Under the pieces are notes generated by a model, which saw only the letters and a list, made by a program, of their open reading frames with translations, was not told the origin of the DNA and made no database searches. Shown piece after piece: positions 1 through 8,122 of a stretch of DNA of 12,328 nt (positions are counted from its first letter, which is position 1; each line of letters begins with the position of its first letter). The stretch is from contig JBHLOI010000081.1 in assembly GCA_048940645.1 (NCBI GenBank), forward strand, positions 1 through 12,328. Direction: 5' to 3'. Position numbers and translations under genes: made by a program. Source of the stretch: Promethearchaeota archaeon (GTDB taxonomy: Archaea; Asgardarchaeota; Lokiarchaeia; Sigyniarchaeales; SOKP01).

Positions 1-112
1 TAATGCTTGGAACTTTTTCTTTTACTAACTTTAACCACTTTTCACCCTGTTCCTTCCTTCTTTCAACCAGATCAGGATTCTGAAGTCTTGTTGCTAGTAT
101 ATATATCGGCAT
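1..112 (-). CDS. 5' part of a probable GYD-domain protein (runs off the left edge)
   Basis: Not in the ORF track. Translated by hand from ATG at 112: MPIYILATRLQNPDLVERRKEQGEKWLKLVKEKVPSI..., open to the window edge. It resembles the GYD-family N-terminus (MPxYIL-T-[KR]L...W...VKEK-x-P). The diagnostic GYD motif is outside the window. Confidence 0.5.
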   Translation of the reverse strand, partial: MPIYILATRLQNPDLVERRKEQGEKWLKLVKEKVPSI

Positions 113-201
113 AAAGAAATTTATTATAGTTATAAATAAAAGGTTTACCTTTAGGTATTACTTCTGTAAGTAAGGAAATAAATGATTTGCATGAATTATT
201 T

Positions 202-447
202 TCAGAGAAAAATTATTAAAACTACAATCACAATTGTGATAAATGTGACACACCATAACAACCAAAGTAATTCGTCATGTTCTCTTAAATGATTTTTTTT
301 ATCAAGATTTATCTGTTCACCACATTTTGGACAATGTGAGGGTATTTCTCCCCAAAAATAATTCCTAAAAATGCCACGAGTTCGATAGATGCGCGCTCCA
401 CAGTTCTCACATCTAGGTCTGCTTAATACCTTTTTACCTAATCTCAT
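202..447 (-). CDS. Small Zn-ribbon protein with C-terminal transmembrane anchor
   Basis: 81 aa with CENC...CPKC pairs and a terminal hydrophobic run (LLWLLWCVTFITIVIVVLIIFL). Confidence 0.75.
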   Translation of the reverse strand: MRLGKKVLSRPRCENCGARIYRTRGIFRNYFWGEIPSHCPKCGEQINLDKKNHLREHDELLWLLWCVTFITIVIVVLIIFL

Positions 448-864
448 TTTATTTCAAATCTCATTTGTATGGATTCGTCATAATTTACATAAATTAACTG
501 ATATAAAAATATGTTTATACACCGATTATAAAAGGCACTCTAAATGTTTTTTTATAATAGGTATTCGCTCATTTTTTATTCCTTATTTAAAAGTAAAAAT
601 AGGTTATTACAATCTTTTCAACCACTATCAAAAAATGTTAAAATTTTTTGTTATCTTTTTAAATTATTGTCGATTTTGGAGAAGATTTTGTGTTATACAC
701 ACATATTGTATTAGAAAATTTTTCACCTAAAATCAAAAGGTTTAAATAATAGTTCAAACGTTTTTGAAAGATATTCAATAATAATATGAATTTGATCAAA
801 TATGTTCACCGAATTTCTTGAAATAGTAAAATTTTTAAACTATATTGTATTTAATTTAATAAAG

Positions 865-892
865 TTTCAGTGGGATATAACTCCCACTAAAA
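865..892. promoter_or_regulatory. GC-containing inverted repeat upstream of ORF 924 (operator or 5' hairpin)
   Basis: AGTGGGA (869-875) - TATAAC - TCCCACT (882-888), extendable by TTT/AAA after one mismatch. A TATA-like TTTTTAAA lies at about 832-839. Confidence 0.45.
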
Positions 893-923
893 ATATAAAA
901 AAAATTTAGCATGTGAATATAAG

Positions 924-1178
924 ATGGCATTAGAAAAGTTAAAAGTTAGCATGGAAGTTTTAATAAAACCTAAGAAGAAGGTATTTAGGACATATGAGTT
1001 AATTTGTTTGGAGAAACTTAAAGAATTGGGTGTCTGTACAGCAGCAATATGGTCAGCTGCGATGGGATATAATCATAGAAGCTCACTTGCTAAAATTATA
1101 AAAAGGATCGAAAAAAAATATCCTGACAAGTTGAAAATATACTATAATAGGTCACCACGTCAATATGAAGCTCTATAA
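924..1178 (+). CDS. Small basic hypothetical protein, probable winged helix-turn-helix
   Basis: 84 aa, Lys/Arg-rich. The pattern helix (YELICLEKLKELG), helix (TAAIWSAAMG), helix (RSSLAKIIKRIEKK), beta-hairpin (LKIYY...RQYEA) fits a wHTH fold. Confidence 0.65.
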   Translation: MALEKLKVSMEVLIKPKKKVFRTYELICLEKLKELGVCTAAIWSAAMGYNHRSSLAKIIKRIEKKYPDKLKIYYNRSPRQYEAL

Positions 1179-1259
1179 AGTATGAATTTTTTATATTGTC
1201 ACAGAAATCCTGTAAAATAGCATTTACCTAATAAGTAGCATAATAAAGAGGAATTAAAA

Positions 1260-1574
1260 ATGGTAATAAAATGTCCTAAATGCGGAATTGAATATTCTTA
1301 TGGTAGAAATATTTGTCATATATGTGAAGATCATTCCATCTTTTTTGGAACTTTATTCAATGAAGATCGAAGAGAATATCAATGGAATTGTAATTCGAAA
1401 ATCATTTCAAATGTGTCGCATACTAATCCTTTAACGTCAGAGCTCCAATTGAAAAACACAGAGTTAATAATAGAGGAGAAAAATTCTTATGAATGGAATT
1501 GTGATCCTACCTTAAGAGTTATATATATTTCTTTTTTTGATACGGAATTAGGATGGAACCTGGTTTATGAATAG
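1260..1574 (+). CDS. Zn-ribbon hypothetical protein with repeated YxWNC motif
   Basis: 104 aa with N-terminal CPKC-x10-CHIC, then YQWNC and YEWNC. SD-like GAGG at 1248-1251. Ends 29 nt before the next gene. Confidence 0.7.
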   Translation: MVIKCPKCGIEYSYGRNICHICEDHSIFFGTLFNEDRREYQWNCNSKIISNVSHTNPLTSELQLKNTELIIEEKNSYEWNCDPTLRVIYISFFDTELGWNLVYE

Positions 1575-1603
1575 AGTCTAAAATAAAAGAAGTTGAATAA
1601 AGA

Positions 1604-3250
1604 ATGACAAAATTTTCAATGATGACACATCAATCAAGCATAATTGGGTCTAGAACTAGGGTAGAAGATTCTTGCGAATCTGGGCTTTGTCCAATTTGCA
1701 TTGCAGATTGCCCTGTATTTTGTGAAGTTTCAAAATCAGCATTGAGGGGGCGGGAGGTGCTTTATCCGCGGAGAGAATATTTTGGTAATTCTACTGCAGG
1801 AACCCCTAAAGATTTTGGCTTATATTATAGTGATTTTCAAATACAATTTGAGGCTAGAGGGGCACAGGGTATTGAACTTGATGAAGATAAAGCAATTTTT
1901 CCTAATGTTGATTTAACAACCTATTGGGGAAAAATTTTACAAAAATACCCTATTGTTATAGCAGGATTAGGAAGCACTTATGTTGCGAAACGCAACTGGG
2001 AAGGTTTGGCCATGGGTGCAGCTTTAACTGGAGTTAGTATTATTATAGGAGAAAATGTAGTAGGTATGGATATTAATACTAAATTCGCAAATCATGCTGT
2101 TTACCCTAAAGTAATTGATACAGAAGATATGAAATTCCGTGTTAAAACGTTCAGAGAATTTTGGGATGGAGCCCATGGAGATATTATAGTGCAGAAAAAT
2201 GTGGAAGATACAAGATTGGGAGTTTTTGATTATGTTACATCAAAACTGGAAGTAAATGCACTTGAACTTAAATTTGGCCAAGGAGCTAAAGCTATTGGAG
2301 GAGAAGTTAGATTAGAATCTCTTAAAAAAGCACAATTATTGCAAAGGAGAGGATATTTAGTTTTTCCTGATCCCTCCAATCCTGATGTAATCGAACAATG
2401 GAAAGAGGGATTAATCCCTGACTTCGAGAGACACAGTAGGGTCTCACTCGCATCTACAGATGAGATTTTAGAAGAAATAGAAAAAATTCGTTCGAATGGA
2501 GCGAAAAACATCTTTATTAAGACAGGTGCTTATAGGCCCGCTGCGACAGCTTGGATAATAAGATTAGGTGTAGAAGGAAAAGTCGATGGAATGACTTTTG
2601 ATGGAGCAGGAGGTGGAACTGGAATGAGTCCTGTTAGTATGATGAATGAGGGGTCTATACCGACAGTCTATTTAGAAGCATTAGTAGTTGGGTGTCTAGA
2701 TATGATTAAAAAGAAAAATCCTAATATCAGATTACCAACAATAGCAATGGCTGGAGGTATCGCGAATGAGACACAAATATTTAAAGCATTTGCCATTGGA
2801 GCTCCTTATGTTAAATGTATTGCTATGGCAAGAGCTCCAATCACGGCTGCTATGAAAGGAAAATATATTGGAGAAGTTATTAAAAGAAATGAGGCTACTC
2901 ATGCTTTATTAAGGAATTTAGGATTCCCAAAACAAAAAGATCCAAGCACTTTAACTCTAAACGAAGCTTTTGTTGAATACGATAACCTTATTAGATCCTA
3001 CAATAGAGATATTCCAACATCGGCAATTGGAGTTTATACTTATTTTGCTAGTAAACTAGGTACTGGGTTAAGACAATTATTAGCAGGAGTTAGAAAATTT
3101 AATTTAGACTTAATTGCTAGAGATGATATTGCCTATATTTCCAAGCGCGCAGAGGATGTTTGTAAAAACTGGAATTTAGGGATTAATTCACAGGAAAGTA
3201 TAGATTTTGAATTAGTTAAAAAAGAAATATATTCAGGAAATTATGATTAA
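1604..3250 (+). CDS. Stand-alone FMN-binding glutamate synthase family protein (COG0069-type)
   Basis: 548 aa with motifs ELKFGQGAKAIGGE, IKTGAY, DGAGGGTGMSP, AGGI and MARAP of the glutamate-synthase FMN TIM barrel. N-terminal CxxCxxxCxxxC. No amidotransferase domain. Confidence 0.9.
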   Translation: MTKFSMMTHQSSIIGSRTRVEDSCESGLCPICIADCPVFCEVSKSALRGREVLYPRREYFGNSTAGTPKDFGLYYSDFQIQFEARGAQGIELDEDKAIFPNVDLTTYWGKILQKYPIVIAGLGSTYVAKRNWEGLAMGAALTGVSIIIGENVVGMDINTKFANHAVYPKVIDTEDMKFRVKTFREFWDGAHGDIIVQKNVEDTRLGVFDYVTSKLEVNALELKFGQGAKAIGGEVRLESLKKAQLLQRRGYLVFPDPSNPDVIEQWKEGLIPDFERHSRVSLASTDEILEEIEKIRSNGAKNIFIKTGAYRPAATAWIIRLGVEGKVDGMTFDGAGGGTGMSPVSMMNEGSIPTVYLEALVVGCLDMIKKKNPNIRLPTIAMAGGIANETQIFKAFAIGAPYVKCIAMARAPITAAMKGKYIGEVIKRNEATHALLRNLGFPKQKDPSTLTLNEAFVEYDNLIRSYNRDIPTSAIGVYTYFASKLGTGLRQLLAGVRKFNLDLIARDDIAYISKRAEDVCKNWNLGINSQESIDFELVKKEIYSGNYD

Positions 3251-3269
3251 CCTAAATTAAAAAAAGGTT
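3249..3269. terminator. Probable terminator between convergent genes
   Basis: 19-nt gap between convergent stop codons. It contains an A7 run (T7 on the minus strand) within a short AACCT...AGGTT inverted repeat. Confidence 0.35.
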
Positions 3270-5069
3270 TTAATTTATTAATTCTTCTAATTGATCCACA
3301 AAATCTTCATATTGCTTAATCCCAAGCTTCCAGAAATCCGGTTTAGTAACATCTAAACCTACGATTTTACTTAATTCTTCAGTTGATAGGCTACCTCCAG
3401 CACTTAAAAGCCTTTTAAATTTTGGAATAAATTCTTTTCCTCCCGTTTTGTATCTCTGATATAGAGCATAAACAAAAAGTTGAGCATATACATAAGGGTA
3501 ATTATAAAATCGAAAATTGGGGAAATAATAATGAGGTTTCATAGCCCATTCCCAGTCCATCTCCTCGAACCATTCAACAGATTCTCCATATATTTTATCT
3601 CTAGCTGCGCACCAGTATTTTGAGATCGTTTTTCCATCCAATGTCTCTTTATTTTTGATAGCATCATATAAACTTTGCTCAAACCACACACGAGCACTAA
3701 CTTGGAACGCAACTTCTCCTGCCCCGTCTAAAATTTTGGCCAAAATTGCCTTTTTTTCTTCATTAGAATCTGCTTTTAAGAGTAATAAATCAGTAAGTAA
3801 TAGTTCTCCAAAGATAGATGCTGTTTCAGCAATACTAGCACCAGGATGTAAATTAAAAATAGTTTGTTCTTTTGAAGCCATGGAACCATGAATAGCATGA
3901 CCGAATTCATGAGCAAGGGTATATATTTCCCTTAAAGCCCCAGTAAAGGATAGTAATATGTAAGATGTTTTACCATTATACCAAGTATCACAATATCCCC
4001 CATTTTTTTTACCTTTTCTTATAGCAGCATCAATATGATTTCTTTCGTACATATCTTTAACTATACGTTCAAATATATCATCAAATCTTCTATAAGCGTC
4101 TAAAATGAGTTCTTTAGTTTCTTCCCAAGATCTGACTTTATTTGGAGTATTTGGGAGCGGAGCATAAATATCTGCACAATTAAGTTGGGGAACTCCTAAA
4201 ATCTTCGCTTTAAGCTTTAAATATCTTTGAAATACTCCAACATTCTTTCCTATAGCAGTCATTAAATTATCAACGATCTCATGAGTTGTGTCGTTGAAAA
4301 TGAGACTTTGATGCATTGGGTCATCATATTTTCTTCTTTCAGTAATTTTTAGCCAATCATTAAAGATATTCCTTAAAGCAGTTGAGTAGACAATTTCTTC
4401 CTTTCCAAGTGTTCCATAAATCGATTTATTAGCAGATATTCTTGTATTTCTATCTGGATGCGTTAATAGACTATTCGCCTCTCCATATGATAAGGGCTTT
4501 TCTTCTCCCTCAACATTAACAATGTATGCTCTACTATTAAGCCATTCAGATTGTAAATCACTCCAAGCTTTTACTCCAAACTGATCCTTGTCTAAAATAA
4601 GTTGTTCTTCAACTTCTGAAAGTAAGTGAGGCACGTGTCGTTTAAATTTCCTCAAGTATTGCTTATATCCTCCGAGAATTGGATCTTCAATTATGTTCCC
4701 CCTCTCTTTAATTAATTCTCCAATTTCTAAATCAATAAAAGTAATTTGTTTCAAGATCTTAGTTTGAAAATTATCTATCTTATATTTTAATCCTTTAGCT
4801 AGTGGTTCATTTTGATCTCCATCATATAATCTGTCAGCATACAATGTTAGCTCATCAAGATTAGCTATGAATTTTTCATGTTTTTTAATCAATTCAAGTA
4901 AGTCTTTAGCAGAAAAATGAGGTGAGCTGATTTTTCCCTTAAATTTTTTAACAAGTTCATCTGCCATTTTTTCGAGAAAGTTGATCCTTTCTATAATTTT
5001 TGGATCTTTGGTACTTGAAAAAATTTCTGTTAAATCCCAAGCAATATCATTTTTTGACATAGTAATCAT
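3270..5069 (-). CDS. pepF: Oligoendopeptidase F (peptidase family M3B)
   Basis: 599 aa with N-terminal WDL, RKGKKNGGYC, zinc motif TLAHEFGHAIH (HEFGH at 3897-3911), AETASIFGE, PHYY and FYNYPY. Alternative start ATG at 5060. Confidence 0.95.
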   Translation of the reverse strand: MITMSKNDIAWDLTEIFSSTKDPKIIERINFLEKMADELVKKFKGKISSPHFSAKDLLELIKKHEKFIANLDELTLYADRLYDGDQNEPLAKGLKYKIDNFQTKILKQITFIDLEIGELIKERGNIIEDPILGGYKQYLRKFKRHVPHLLSEVEEQLILDKDQFGVKAWSDLQSEWLNSRAYIVNVEGEEKPLSYGEANSLLTHPDRNTRISANKSIYGTLGKEEIVYSTALRNIFNDWLKITERRKYDDPMHQSLIFNDTTHEIVDNLMTAIGKNVGVFQRYLKLKAKILGVPQLNCADIYAPLPNTPNKVRSWEETKELILDAYRRFDDIFERIVKDMYERNHIDAAIRKGKKNGGYCDTWYNGKTSYILLSFTGALREIYTLAHEFGHAIHGSMASKEQTIFNLHPGASIAETASIFGELLLTDLLLLKADSNEEKKAILAKILDGAGEVAFQVSARVWFEQSLYDAIKNKETLDGKTISKYWCAARDKIYGESVEWFEEMDWEWAMKPHYYFPNFRFYNYPYVYAQLFVYALYQRYKTGGKEFIPKFKRLLSAGGSLSTEELSKIVGLDVTKPDFWKLGIKQYEDFVDQLEELIN

Positions 5070-5166
5070 AACGTAATAAATTTGAAAATTAAAAAAATTT
5101 TTCCTTATAGAAATCTTCTCTTGAAAATCAGATGAAAAACAAAATGGAACAATAAGATTCTAAAAA

Positions 5167-6720
5167 TTATTCATATTCTATTGTACTTGGAGGTTTATTT
5201 GAAATATCATAGACAACTCTATTAAATCCTTTAACCTCATTAATAATTCTTGTTCCAATTCTTTCTAACAAGTCCCAATCTAATTTTGCGAAACTTGCTG
5301 TCATTGCATCCACAGATTCTACCGCCCGTATTGAGCATATATATTCATATGTTCGATAATCACCCATTACTCCTACAGTTTTTACAGGAATAAGGACGCA
5401 GAAGATTTGCCAGAGTTTGGCATATAAATCTGCTTTTTCTATCTCCTCCAATAAGATTGAATCGGCATCTTTTAAAATATCTAGTTTATTTTTATCAATT
5501 GGTCCAAGGCATCTTACAGCAAGTCCAGGTCCAGGAAATGGATGCCTATAAACCGTTTCCTTTGATAGACCTAATTTTAGTCCAATTTTCCTAACTTCAT
5601 CTTTATATAAATCTTTCAATGGTTCGATTAATTCTAACTTCATATCATCAGGTAAAGTTACATTATGGTGTGATTTAATTTTTGCTGTCGCTTCACTGGT
5701 TGCAGCAGTTTCTACACGATCAGGATAAATTGTTCCTTGAGCAAGATATTTTATATTTGGAAAATATTTTTCTAATTCTAATGTTTTCTTTTCAAAAATT
5801 TTTATAAATGTATGCCCAATAACACGGCGTTTTTCTTCTGGATTATCAATACCTTTTAATTTTTCTAAAAAAATTCCTTCAGCATTCACAAAATGGAAAT
5901 TTTTGAATCCTAATTGCTCTTTGAAAACAGTTTGTACCTCATTTTCTTCATTTTTCCGTAATAAACCATTATTAACAAAAATACAATGTAATCTATCCCC
6001 TATTGCTTTATGGAGTAAAACTGCTGTTACAGAGGAATCAACTCCACCGCTTAGCCCTAATATTACCCTATCTTCATTTCCTATTTTCTCTTTAATTCTT
6101 TTTATTGATTCTTTAATCCAATTCTTTAATTCCCATTGCTTTTTACAATTAACTATTTTGAATACAAAATTTTCCAATATAATTTGTCCTTTAGGAGTGT
6201 TCTTCACTTCTGGATGGAACTGAACTCCATATATACGTTTATCATGGTTTGCATAAGATGCTATGGGACAAGTTTCTGTTTTAGCTAAAATCTCAAAATT
6301 GGGTGGTAAATTCTTTACTTGATCCCCATGTGACATCCAAACAATTTCGGTTGGATTTAGAGAATCCAATAATAAATTTGGTTTAACAACTTCTAATTTT
6401 GTTTTTCCATATTCTTTTTGTTTTTTAGATATGATATTACCACCCAAATTATAAATAATTAAATGAAATCCATAACAGATTCCTAATATTGGGATTTTAT
6501 TTTTCAGAATATATTGAAAAACATTTTTAGTTAAATTAGGACTATCGCTTTCATAGATTGATCTTGGGCCACCTGAAAAAATAATCGCTTCAGGTTTTAT
6601 TTTCTTTAAAATTTCTAATTTAATACTAAATGGAAAAATTTCAGAATATATCCCTAAATCTCTTATCCTTCTTGCTATTAAGTGACAATATTGCCCGCCA
6701 AAATCTAAAACTAGAATCAT
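5167..6720 (-). CDS. guaA: GMP synthase (glutamine-hydrolysing), fused GATase + ATP-pyrophosphatase
   Basis: 517 aa with LDFGGQY, catalytic GICYG and QFHPE, PP-loop SGGVDS, QGTIYPD, IKSHHNV, HPFPGPGLAVR and C-terminal KPPSTIEYE. Confidence 0.98.
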   Translation of the reverse strand: MILVLDFGGQYCHLIARRIRDLGIYSEIFPFSIKLEILKKIKPEAIIFSGGPRSIYESDSPNLTKNVFQYILKNKIPILGICYGFHLIIYNLGGNIISKKQKEYGKTKLEVVKPNLLLDSLNPTEIVWMSHGDQVKNLPPNFEILAKTETCPIASYANHDKRIYGVQFHPEVKNTPKGQIILENFVFKIVNCKKQWELKNWIKESIKRIKEKIGNEDRVILGLSGGVDSSVTAVLLHKAIGDRLHCIFVNNGLLRKNEENEVQTVFKEQLGFKNFHFVNAEGIFLEKLKGIDNPEEKRRVIGHTFIKIFEKKTLELEKYFPNIKYLAQGTIYPDRVETAATSEATAKIKSHHNVTLPDDMKLELIEPLKDLYKDEVRKIGLKLGLSKETVYRHPFPGPGLAVRCLGPIDKNKLDILKDADSILLEEIEKADLYAKLWQIFCVLIPVKTVGVMGDYRTYEYICSIRAVESVDAMTASFAKLDWDLLERIGTRIINEVKGFNRVVYDISNKPPSTIEYE

Positions 6721-6822
6721 ATTTTTTGAATATTTATCGTTTCTCTAATTATAACAGTGGAATTAAACAAATAAAATTAGTCTTTTTCTATCGTAAAATA
6801 AATTCATCATTTTTTTAAAATA

Positions 6823-8118
6823 TTAGTGGGTAGCGCAAGAAATACATGGATCAAAAGCTCTTATAATTTTTTGAATTTCTTTCTTAACTTTATCTAAATC
6901 CTTTTTTTCATAGAGTTTTCGAGCATAATTACTGATCATATAGTTAATAAGTGGGATATTTATTTCTGTTGCTATAAATAATTTAGCTTCTTCAAGAATA
7001 TTTCTTTTATTAATTCTATAATGATGAATAAGCGATCCTCTAGGGGCTTCCACAACTCCAATACCTTCTCTAGAAATAATTGATTTAAGATTTGGAAGAG
7101 GAATGGTACTTTTTAAAATAGGGTCCTTTAAAACTTTTAATAAATTTTGTGATTCAACATACATTTCAATTAATTTTAAAATGGGGGCATATAGAAGGTT
7201 ATTTCTCCATTCTTTATCAAAAAGACTTAAGTATCCAGAAATATCATCTGATCCATAACTTTCTACAACCTGATTTCGAGAAATTGGTCCAACTAAATAA
7301 TGATTTTTATTATTAAAATCAATACCCCTTATTGTAGGATCTTTATCAAAATAATCTTTATATTCTTCTAACCTAAAGTTCTGATATTTTGCTAACCCAT
7401 TTTTTATGGTTAAAATACCATCATATCTATCATAGGATTTATTATTATTTAATGAAAGGAAATTAACATTTGGGATTATAAAATCCTCTGGTGGTTTAAA
7501 CTTTGAGAATAAATCAATAAAGTTTTTAATAATCCACTCTAAATTACTTAATACTCTTAAAAGGTATTTCTCAACAATAATTATCCTTTTCCGTGATGGG
7601 CTATAAATAACTCCGCCAGGGATAAGTGTAATTGTATGGATTGATCTTCCTCCAAAAAGCTTATCTATATCATTCCCGATTTTAATAATATCATATATTT
7701 GAGAGGTTAATTGTGGATTATATTTTATTAAATCATAAATATCGATAGGTTTTGTATAAATATTAAATATATTCAATAGATCTGGAAAAGATTGGAAAAA
7801 ATAATGCATACTATGTGATTTTAATAATTCCCCTGCCATCAAGAGCCTTCTTACTAGAACAGATTGTTGATTGGCTTTTATATTATACATTTCTTCAATG
7901 CTTTTACAGCTTACTATAGTTTGAGATGCATGACATAATCCACATATTCTAGAAACAATTTTAGGGACATCTGATAACTTTTTACCCAATAAAATATTTT
8001 CAAATCCTCTGAAGGCAAAAATTTCAAATTCCACATTCGAAATCTCATCATTTTGTATATAAATTTTTACATTACCGTGACCCTCAACCCTTGTACACAC
8101 ATCAATAACTTTTTGCAT
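6823..8118 (-). CDS. mvhA: Group 3 (MvhA-like) [NiFe]-hydrogenase large subunit, atypical: L1 His->Gln, no C-terminal extension
   Basis: Motifs TRVEGHG, RGFENIL, L1 RICGLCHASQ, HSMH, GGRSIH, VGPISR, EAPRGSLIHHY and L2 RAFDPCISCATH-TAA. All four Ni/Fe Cys are present. ATG at 8118 is preferred to TTG at 8121 and is preceded by SD-like GGTGA. Assignment to 3c rather than 3b rests on gene context. Confidence 0.92.
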   Translation of the reverse strand: MQKVIDVCTRVEGHGNVKIYIQNDEISNVEFEIFAFRGFENILLGKKLSDVPKIVSRICGLCHASQTIVSCKSIEEMYNIKANQQSVLVRRLLMAGELLKSHSMHYFFQSFPDLLNIFNIYTKPIDIYDLIKYNPQLTSQIYDIIKIGNDIDKLFGGRSIHTITLIPGGVIYSPSRKRIIIVEKYLLRVLSNLEWIIKNFIDLFSKFKPPEDFIIPNVNFLSLNNNKSYDRYDGILTIKNGLAKYQNFRLEEYKDYFDKDPTIRGIDFNNKNHYLVGPISRNQVVESYGSDDISGYLSLFDKEWRNNLLYAPILKLIEMYVESQNLLKVLKDPILKSTIPLPNLKSIISREGIGVVEAPRGSLIHHYRINKRNILEEAKLFIATEINIPLINYMISNYARKLYEKKDLDKVKKEIQKIIRAFDPCISCATH

Positions 8119-8122
8119 CAAA

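Noticed and set aside
389-730. 113-aa plus-strand ORF
   Set aside because: Overlaps the Zn-ribbon gene antisense and runs through AT-rich promoter DNA. F/I/K-biased with no motif.
2230-2511. 93-aa minus-strand ORF
   Set aside because: Antisense shadow of the glutamate-synthase-family gene.
3655-3891. 78-aa plus-strand ORF
   Set aside because: Antisense shadow of pepF.
5903-6223. 106-aa plus-strand ORF
   Set aside because: Antisense shadow of guaA.
3270-6720. guaA and pepF as part of the hydrogenase operon
   Set aside because: Same strand, but separated by roughly 100-bp AT-rich gaps and with no functional link evident.
6630-6818. 62-aa plus-strand ORF
   Set aside because: Antisense to the guaA start and its upstream region, with no protein-like features.
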